Origin: Nemertoderma westbladi
Taxonomy: Eukaryota > Animalia > Xenacoelomorpha
Assembly (NCBI GenBank): GCA_032718475.1
Contig: JAUCBJ010004038.1
Coordinates: 1-36,738, forward strand
Length of the DNA stretch: 36,738 bases
Direction of reading: 5' to 3'
Part shown: positions 1 to 8,054 of the stretch, in pieces
How the letters are laid out: each line of letters begins with the position of its first letter
Position numbering within the stretch: the stretch's first letter is position 1
Position numbers and translations under genes: made by a program
The notes under the pieces: generated by a model
What the model was told of the DNA's origin: nothing
Seen by the model: only the letters and a program-made list of their open reading frames with translations
The model's database searches: none

Positions 1-865
1 TTTGGTCCATTCTCACCATCCGGTATCGGACCACCCAACTGCACCTTCCGGCCCACCATCCACCAACTACCGGTACCCCATACCTTTGGTCCATTCTCAC
101 CATCCGGTCTCGGACCACCCAACTGCACCTTCCGGCCCACCCTCCATCCCTACAGGTACCCCATACCTTTGGTCCATTCTCACAATCCGGTCTCGGACCA
201 CCCAACTGCACCTTCCGGCCCACCCTCCACCACTACCGGTACCCCATACCTTTGGTCGATTCTCACCATCCGGTCTCGGACCACCCAACTGCACCTTCCG
301 GCCCACCATCCACCCTACCGGTATCTCATACCTTTGGTCCTTTCTCACCATCCGGTCTCGGACCACCCAACTGCACCTTCCGGCCCACCCTCCATCCCTA
401 CCGGTACCCCATACCTTTGGTCCATTCTCACCATCCGGTCTCGGACCACACAACTGCACTTTCCGGCCCACCCTCCATCCCTACAGGTACCCCATACCTT
501 TGGTCCATTCTCACCATCCGGTCCCGGACCACCCAACACCAACCTTCCGGCCCACCCTTCATCCCTACAGGTACCCCATACCTTTGGTCCATTCTCACCA
601 TCCGGTCTCGGACCACCCAACTGCACCTTCCGGCCCACCCTCCATCCCTACAGGTACCCCATACCTTTGGTCCATTCTCACCATCCGGTCTCGGACCACC
701 CAACAGCACCTTCCGGCCCACCCTCCATCCCTACCGGTACCCCATACCTTTCGTCCATTCTCACCATCCGGTCTCGGACCACCCAACTGCACCTTCCGGC
801 CCACCCTCCATCCCTACAGGTACCCCATACCTTTGGTCCATTCTCACCATCCGGTCCCGGACCCC
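1..865. repeat. 83-bp minisatellite (82-84 bp variants), at least 10 units, derived from the 3' end of exon J and its donor
   Basis: Units start at 84, 167, 250, 332, 415, 498, 582, 665, 748 and 831; each contains the minus-strand sequence CCGGATGGTGAGAATGGACCAAAG|GTATGG, with occasional substitutions. Confidence 0.95.
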
Positions 866-946
866 CCATTTCCCCACTTCGACCTTCCGGTCCAGGAACA
901 CCTGTTTCACCCTTCACCCCTTTGACATTGTTCGCTCCAGATAATC
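831..946 (-). CDS. Collagen exon J; the gene continues past the window start
   Basis: ACACAG acceptor, AAG|GTATGG donor; (G)LSGANNVKGVKGETGVPGPEGRSGEMGGPGPDGENGPK; 116 nt, phase 1 to 0. Confidence 0.85.
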
Positions 947-1316
947 CTGTGTATAAAAAAAGAACAGAAACAAACAATTATTTTATATTATTTTTTTCTT
1001 AAATTTTAAATTATTTACTTATTGCAAATTTGGACCCTTAAATTGTATTTATCACTGAAATTATAATAACGCTATTTTTCGAGCTCTTTTTCGTTAGTTC
1101 AAATCTGAATGTTATAATTGAGTTTGTTTTCATTTTTAAACTTTTCACATTCGAACAAACAAACAAAAAATATCATAAATAATAAAATATTTAATTTAAA
1201 TTAAATTAAATAATAACAATTTAAATATAAAAAAAGTAAAAGTCATATTTTTCGCATGCATGCTAATAATTAAAATAACAAATAATAAATTAATATATTT
1301 GCACAATTAAAATAAC

Positions 1317-1425
1317 CTTTCTCTCCCTTTTCTCCGAGATTCCCTGGGGGGCCTTCTGCTCCCTGTGGGCCACTTGCACCCTCGGGTCCTGGCGGTCCAT
1401 CACCCCCTGTCAATCCTCTCGGACC
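1317..1425 (-). CDS. Collagen exon I
   Basis: CCCAG acceptor, AAG|GTTATT donor; GPRGLTGGDGPPGPEGASGPQGAEGPPGNLGEKGEK(G); 109 nt, phase 0 to 1. Confidence 0.9.
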
Positions 1426-1666
1426 CTGGGAAGTAAAAAATATAAACAAATAAAATGTTGTAATTTTGTTAAATATCTGCAGTAAACGGTTAAGAGATAC
1501 ATTATGATTCATTGGGTATGCCGTCGATGGATCACTGATTGCATGCAACATATGAATCTTTTTGAGTTTTGATGTTTTTAAACCACCAATTTAAATAGAC
1601 ACTAACAAGCGCAAAACTTTATTACACCCAATATAATTAATCTGAGCATAGGGAGAGTTAGGTCAT

Positions 1667-1774
1667 TGGTGCAGTATAGATGGGCTTGGCTAATGCCATG
1701 TCCAACTGACGATGGTGTCGAGGATTAGCGCGTACTGGTACAGTACTATGATCCAAGACACCGAAACGCAGCCA
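1667..1774 (+). ncRNA. Hammerhead-like core, probably degenerate (type III-like topology)
   Basis: CTGACGA-T at 1706-1713; long stem II (GGTGTC/GACACC, GGATTA/TGATCC, GTACTG/CAGTAC); GAAAC at 1763-1767; stem I and the cleavage junction are imperfect. Confidence 0.45.
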
Positions 1775-2310
1775 TATTTTTCACAACTTAATTATTCTTG
1801 CCCAAGTCCTACCTCTTTCACAGCGACAAAATTGTCATATATTTTCTTATAAAATATAGGCTTAGCTTTCGTGCATTTTATTACCGGTATCATTTAGTGT
1901 ATGGCGGTTAGGTTTTAGGGTTAGGGTGCGATACTGTACATACCTGTATGTGGAGCATGTTATTATGTTATTTTTGTTTGTGTTTTTTGTGTTTTTGTTT
2001 ATTTTGTTTGTTTCCTATGATGGCCCTAGGGTCTGAGTTACTAATTTGGGCTTAATGCCCTGATCCTATATTTTTTTGTAGTTTAAGGGGTGTAAAACTC
2101 TTGTGTTTAACATTAAGTTTATTTATAGCGAGAGTCCTATAGTATTTAGTGCTCGTTTGCGGCCATCATGACACCAAAATCTATACCAGTATTATTATAT
2201 TATTTTTAATTAATATTAATATTTAAATGTAAAACTAATAAGATAATAAATTATAAAAGCAGTGTAAAATGAATGTGAAATAATAAATATATTATCGAGT
2301 TTCGACTCAC

Positions 2311-2565
2311 CTTTGCGCCTGGGTCTCCCATGTCGCCGGGTATCCCCCTCTCCCCTTTGGGACCCCCGCCCCCCTCTGCCCCCTTCCGCCCCCTCTGGCC
2401 GGTGTCGCCTTTACGCCCCTCGACAACTGACCCGGGATTTATCAGCGCCGGATCGCAGGGCGGCCCATCCCTACCAGGATCTCCAGGTAGACCCTCATCT
2501 CCGGGGGATCCTCTACTGCCTTGTCTACCAGTCTACTCCTCGGTCTCCTCTCTCGCCGATCCCAC
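2311..2565 (-). CDS. Collagen exon H, with an apparent +1 frameshift near 2530
   Basis: TTTCAG acceptor, AAG|GTGAGT donor; (G)GIGERGDRGVD [+1 nt] GRQGSRGSPGDEGLPGDPGRDGPPCDPALINPGSVVEGRKGDTGQRGRKGAEGGGGPKGERGIPGDMGDPGAK; 255 nt where a phase 1 to 0 exon needs 3n+2. Confidence 0.85.
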
Positions 2566-3695
2566 CTGAAATAGTTACATTATATTTTATTAAATGTGAA
2601 AACAAAATAAATTACTGTTAAAATGAAATGGTTAATGTTAATTTGAACAATAATTGTCTATTTGAAAAACTTCATGACCAGTTCATCACTTCAGCCACGA
2701 ATTTTGTCAATCATGCACATCGGCATTGTTGCATAAATATCCAAGCTACAGTAGGTCCAGCATTTGGAGGGTCATATAGAATTGCGTAAAATGTTCTCCT
2801 GGTTGGTTGTTGCTTTCGTTATACGAAGGCAATGCCCTTTTTGCTGATGTTCACCTCGTAAATATACCCTGAGCAACTGCGTTTACTGTACATCCTGATA
2901 TGGTTTTATGTCTATGATGCCTCAACCCACAACTTAGTCGATTCGTTATCTACTGTAGTGCCTCTTCGGGTATCTGAATCATTTAGCATTGTCGCTGAAG
3001 CGAGATCAAAACAGAATATAAATTAAAGTCTTTGTAAATAAATTCTACCAGTGTTGGTACCACTACCAATTAACAAAATCAGTCAGCTTTAGGTCTATAG
3101 GTGATGTTGATGGTTGGGTCTCCCATCTCCATGCGATTTGTATTATAGTTTAACCTTTAAGAAGTGTTGGCAATGTCCCAGAGAGAGCGATACTAATGTG
3201 CGGTTTATTGGGCCGTGTAAATTTTCAAAACAAAATATTCCAGAATATTGACAGATTTATTAAATGGACTAAAATAGCCTCGCTGAATAACCATGCAACT
3301 TTTGAACGCTCATAACTCAGCTATTTTCCAAGATATTCAGATTGTGTTACACATTCTTGGAATCCTTACATGACCAGCTTTCCATTGGTACCAACAAACA
3401 GCTATAAGGTATAAGAATAACTTCGGTGTAACTGGTGCGAAATCGACTGATATTTTTTTAACTTGTAGTAAAATAATGAAAACGAAAATTTGCATATTAT
3501 AATATCCGTAATGTGAAAGGGATTACAATAGGCTACCTCACAGTGAATTCTCTCTTTAGCTTTTATATTATAATTTTAAGAAATCTCATCTAAAATATTA
3601 AAATTACATTTAAGTTCATGTACGTACACTATACTCGTACTGTAAATGTATCTGATGGAGAGATAATAAAAAGTAAACAGAAAACTCTAACCAAC

Positions 3696-3809
3696 CTCTC
3701 AACCCAGGTAACCCGGGGGTTCCGATTCCATGACTACCAACTTCACCTTTCTCCCCTAAAGGCCCCCGCCGACCACGTGTCCCTTTAGGCCCTTCTGGGC
3801 CCGGAGAAC
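3696..3809 (-). CDS. Collagen exon G
   Basis: ATACAG acceptor, GAG|GTTGGT donor; (G)SPGPEGPKGTRGRRGPLGEKGEVGSHGIGTPGLPGLR(G); 114 nt, phase 1 to 1. Confidence 0.88.
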
Positions 3810-4106
3810 CTGTATAGAAAATAAATGGAGATATTATTAGATTTGTCGCTCAAACCATTGTAACTCCTTAATGGCATTTCTTAATCGGTATTCGCGTTTT
3901 TTTTTTTTTTTTTCTTCTGGGCGCAAATTTATCCACTCTTCTCATTCGGGTCTTTTGGATTGTCGTGTAAATCTTAACATTGACACGGTAGTTGTTGTTG
4001 GCCCTACTGTATACTAATAGTATCAATGTTAAACGTAGGAGACGAAATATCATTATTGACATAACATTATTCTATATCTGAAATGTTTGTTAATGTCATG
4101 GGCCAA

Positions 4107-4451
4107 CTAGGCCATAGGGTAGTGTATAAATTTAGGAATCGTGTAATTTTTCTTGAAATTATCTGAGACGGGTTTAGCATGGGTTTGCATAAGATAACTA
4201 GTCCCTCGGTGTGGGCGCCCTCTGAGTTGGTTCTTTGCTGGTTGGATAAATGAGTAGAAGTTGTTTATTGTATGTAGGGTAGATTTTGTGTAAAACGTTT
4301 CAGTTAGCAGCAGGATGTCATCGTTACAGGGGAACTCAGCTTTGGGGAGATGGTTCAATAGATATTGCAGACCCTCTACATTCCATAGTGAGATGGTAAC
4401 CGACTGGGAAAGAATTACTCCTGGTAGTGGCGTGGTTGGTTGTCGTCCCAC
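4107..4451 (-). mobile_element. Non-LTR retrotransposon AP-endonuclease (EEP fold) N-terminal fragment
   Basis: TISLWNVEGL ... DILLLTET ... RGRPHRG matches the APE motifs (hydrophobic-WNVxGL, DI-hydrophobic-L-x-ET, GRxxGG-like); truncated; minus-strand A17 tract at 3897-3913. Confidence 0.7.
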
Positions 4452-4537
4452 GAGACAGCGGGAGCATCACCAATCATATCACTTGGAGGGATGGTGTGAC
4501 GGTTCGACGGCGTGGTCTTGCGCCGTTCGACTCCGAC

Positions 4538-4580
4538 ACCACGCTGATGAGACCCAGTAAGGTCGAAACGCGTACGTGGT
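4538..4580 (+). ncRNA. Minimal type I hammerhead ribozyme (+ strand)
   Basis: ACCACG-CTGATGA-GACC-CAGTAA-GGTC-GAAA-CGC-GTA^CGTGGT: complete core, stem I ACCACG/CGTGGT, stem II GACC/GGTC, palindromic ACGCGT stem III, GUA cleavage triplet (cut after 4574). Confidence 0.88.
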
Positions 4581-4636
4581 TTGGAGAGATATGAGATAAT
4601 AATTTTTCTTGAAATTAATATCTCATATCTCTCCAA

Positions 4637-4679
4637 ACCACGTACGCGTTTCGACCTTACTGGGTCTCATCAGCGTGGT
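4637..4679 (-). ncRNA. Minimal type I hammerhead ribozyme (- strand), identical to the + copy
   Basis: Exact reverse complement of 4538-4580; predicted cut between 4643 and 4642. Confidence 0.88.
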
Positions 4680-4737
4680 GTCGGATTCGAACCTGGGACC
4701 TCGAGGTGGAAGCCGAGACTACAACGACTAGGCCACA
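4675..4737 (-). mobile_element. tRNA-derived (SINE-like) Pol III head fused to the hammerhead
   Basis: A box TGGCCTAGTCG; anticodon-arm-like CTCGG-CTTCCAC-CTCGAG; B box GGTTCGAATCC running directly into hammerhead stem I. Confidence 0.7.
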
Positions 4738-5015
4738 AGTTCTTGAGATATGGAGTATTAATTTCAAAGCCAGCCGCCATTTTATTAGCCCTGATGTTTT
4801 ATTATTGATAGTAACAATGTGTTGGCAAGCTGTATTTATCGAGGTGTTTGTTATTATACATTTATTATAGGTGATGGGATATTATATGTGATGGGATTAG
4901 TCCTACAATTGCGCCAATAAAAGACAAGTTATTTTCGGTAAAATAAACTTATCATTCGAGGTTAAGACTCCTAGATCCCTTCCTACAATATATGGACTAA
5001 TAATAGCACACAGTT

Positions 5016-6533
5016 TATAAAAGGCTACCAATTAAATTCATCCCAAAATTGATGAAAATTTCACCAAAAAAAATTATTTTATACCAAATTAAATAATGTG
5101 ACCCCCATAAAAATTATTCAACACCAAATAAAATTATTCAAACACCAAAGATAAATTTTTCAAAACCAAAAAAAAAATATTCAACACCAAATCCAATTAA
5201 AAACCAAAAAAACCAAAAAAATTTAAACCAAAAAAATTAAAACTGTTAATTATTCAATACCAAAATAAATAAATGCTCCCCAAAACCAATTATTAGCACC
5301 AAAATGAATGACAAAACCCCCAAAATAATTACAAATTTTCCCAAAACAAATACATTTTCCCCCAAAACAAATACATTTTAGCCCAACATAAATACATTTT
5401 CCCCCAAAACAAATACATTTTCCCCCCAAAAAAATACATTTTAGCCCAAAATAAATACATTTTCCCCCAAAACAAATACATTTTAGCCTACAATAAATAC
5501 AATTTCTCCCAAAACAAATACATTTTTGCCCAAAATAAATACATAATCCCCCAAAATAAATACTATACTACCTGGAAATTAGACAATAACTTCAGTAGGC
5601 CTACTGTCGTAATACTAAAACCTAATAACAGAAAAAGTAATAGGCCATAGGCAATAAGAGATACTGTATAGGCAATAGGCCTATAGGTACGAATACTGAA
5701 ACTGAAGTAGGCCTAATACTGTAGGTACATCGGTACGAAACCTAATAACAGAATACGTTGTCCTGAAGGCAATAGTCCTATCGGAACGAATACTGTAACT
5801 GAAGACTGAAGCATGCGCCCATGTGAAGAATACTAGGATTTAATATAAAATATTTGGTGCTGGAATAATTTTTTTTGGTTGACAAGTAATTATTTTTGGG
5901 GAATCAATAATTGTTTTTGGGGGTAGAATAATTGTTTTTTTGGGGGGGGATAATAATTGTTTTTGGGGGATGAATAATTGTTTTTGGGGGTAGAATAATT
6001 GTTTTTTGGGGAATAATAATTGTTTTTGGGGGATGAATAATTGTTTTTGGGGGTAGAATAATTGTTTTTTGGGGAATAATAATTGTTTTTGGGGGATGAA
6101 TAATTGTTTTTGGGGAATCAATAATTGTTTTTGGGGGACGAATAATTGTTTTTTGGGGAATAATAATTGTTTTGGGGGGATGAATAATTGTTTTTGGGGG
6201 TAGAATAATTGTTTTTTGGGGAATAATAATTGTTTTTGGGGGATGAATAATTGTTTTTGGGGAATCAATAATTGTTTTTGGGGGTAGAAAAATTGTTTTT
6301 TGGAGAATAATAATTGTTTTTGTGGGATGAATAATTGTTTTTGGGGAATCAATAATTGTTTTTGGGGGACGAATAATTGTTTTTGGGGGATGAATAATTG
6401 TTTTTGGTGAGAGGGATATTCAATATTGGGGGATGTGAATTGGTGCTACAAAAAAATATATTTGGTGGAAAATAATTTATTTTGGTGTTAAATCATCTAA
6501 TTTGGGGTGGCATTCAATTAGTGGCGATTATAA
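5016..6533. mobile_element. Foldback-like element with inverted arrays of 20-21-bp repeats
   Basis: Left array TTCCCCCAAAACAAATACATT (about 5330-5560); right array GAATAATTGTTTTTGGGGGAT (about 5860-6410) in the opposite orientation; diverged inverted termini at about 5016-5090 and 6460-6533; no TSD confirmed. Confidence 0.6.
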
Positions 6534-7102
6534 AATATAGGTTTAATCAGAACTAATTCACAAAATAAATGTAAATAATTCTCTCAAAGTATATTCGAAT
6601 AGTTAGATGAAATTTTTACATATAGTTCCGGTAGTTCCGGTAGTTCCTAGGTAAATAATATTCTCTGTCTTAAATCGAACATATTAGTAATTACACGTGC
6701 TGCTACTAACTTCTCAAACTTCATAAAAAACTAAATCAATTTATCCAGGGCACCAAATCTTCTTACACTATTTGTAATAAGTTTAACATTATCGTAATTA
6801 ACATTATCGTTATCTTCAATACTAACTAATTGACTTACAAACCGCCTAAGTTTTACTTTCTAGCGGTTTATTTTGTATAGACTTCGCATTAGTATTTCTT
6901 CAATGCGTTTCCATTGATTTAAGCATACCTACTGTATAATACATTTATATTAATTTGTCTGCCCGTGCCATGTGCTAAAGTAGTAATTGACTACGCCGCC
7001 CACAAGTATTAACGGTAATTACAATTAACATATTTTAGGTACAAGTTTTAATTTTGTAATTTACGGAGGAGGAACAGATTTAACATGACAAGTAGTGTGT
7101 AC

Positions 7103-7345
7103 GTACGCAAAAAGCCAATTCAGGTGTCGTCAGCCTTCTCATAATGTTAAATTAATATTGAAAAATTGGTGCCCAGAAGTAAAAATTTTACTGTAAACTG
7201 TTATCCTAAATTTAGTTTATTGCTTTAGTTAGAAAACCCTACCCTTATAACATTCTACTTTCCTTTAAAATGTACCTTAAATATTCGCGAAATTAAGTTA
7301 ATATGTTAAAATAGGCTGAAACGACACCCCAATTGGTATGCGTAC
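7103..7345. mobile_element. Small MITE-like element
   Basis: Imperfect TIRs of about 33 bp: GTACGCA..CCAATT..GGTGTCGT.CAGCCT and AGGCTG..ACGACACC..AATTGG..TGCGTAC. Confidence 0.45.
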
Positions 7346-7449
7346 CTTACATAAGTAGTCCATAAGTGTACCAACAAACTCATCTGCTGATCTGCATGCC
7401 TATTCTATAACGTATTAAACTCACCATAACATCATTAAAATTGATAATG

Positions 7450-7625
7450 TAAATATATAATGTAAAATAGGACAATATGATAATGCTCTCCATAGCGAAA
7501 AATATCAACCGACCCTGTTGGGGCTCGAACCCGGTACCCGGTACCTTCGAGCCCCAACAGGGTCGGTTGATATTTTTCGCTATGGAGAGCATTATCATAT
7601 TGTCCTATTTTACATTATATATTTA
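7450..7625. repeat. Perfect palindrome with 80-bp arms and a 16-nt spacer; arms end in tRNA T-arm/B-box-like sequence
   Basis: 7450-7529 is the exact reverse complement of 7546-7625; spacer CCCGGTACCCGGTACC; GGGTTCGAGCCCC on the minus strand. Confidence 0.93.
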
Positions 7626-8007
7626 ATTCACCGCGTCACTCACCCCACAACAGAAGAAAAATTGATAATGGATAATGCTGTAATGAACATTTCTAAATAT
7701 TATTATACAGTAAATTAAATAAACACTAAAAAGTAACGGATATTATAGTTATGTTGTGAATATGAGGGAGAAGACCGCCAAGGCATATAAGCACTAATAA
7801 ATAGGGGTCCCAAGTGTAATAGGGGTCCCAAAGTGCAAGTAAAATATTATCATTTTTAATATTTAAAACCGATAGCATGATAGGCACAACTATGTACATA
7901 ATAAGAGCAGCCAGCGGTAAGGCAGTAAGGCGGTAGGTTATAGCTCAGTAGTTGTGGGGCGAGCCACGAAGTGAGTGAGCCTTAGCGTAGTGGTACCATT
8001 AATCAAC

Positions 8008-8054
8008 CTGTCGTTCTGTCGTTCTGTCGTTCTGTCGTTCTGTCGTTCTGTCGT
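8008..8054 (+). repeat. (CTGTCGTT)n microsatellite, about 6 units, possibly within a Helentron-like non-autonomous element
   Basis: The repeat is directly visible; the Helentron link is only inferred from the flanks (GCGAGCCACGAAGTGAG upstream, AAACTTGGTACACA downstream). Confidence 0.75.

Larger units (their letters stand above)
4532..4685. repeat. Perfect inverted repeat with 67-bp arms (4532-4598 and 4619-4685) and a 20-nt spacer
   Basis: The arms are exact reverse complements by inspection. Confidence 0.95.

Noticed and set aside
2-1002. Long Pro/His-rich ORFs on the + strand and overlapping short ORFs on the - strand
   Set aside because: By-products of the 83-bp minisatellite cycling through frames and of antisense collagen codons.
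1907-1926. TTAGGG-like run
   Set aside because: Only two to three units; too short for an interstitial telomeric array.
5840-6352. 170-aa PQKQLFI repeat ORF
   Set aside because: Stop-free translation of a 21-bp AT-rich minisatellite; no ATG start or domain evidence.
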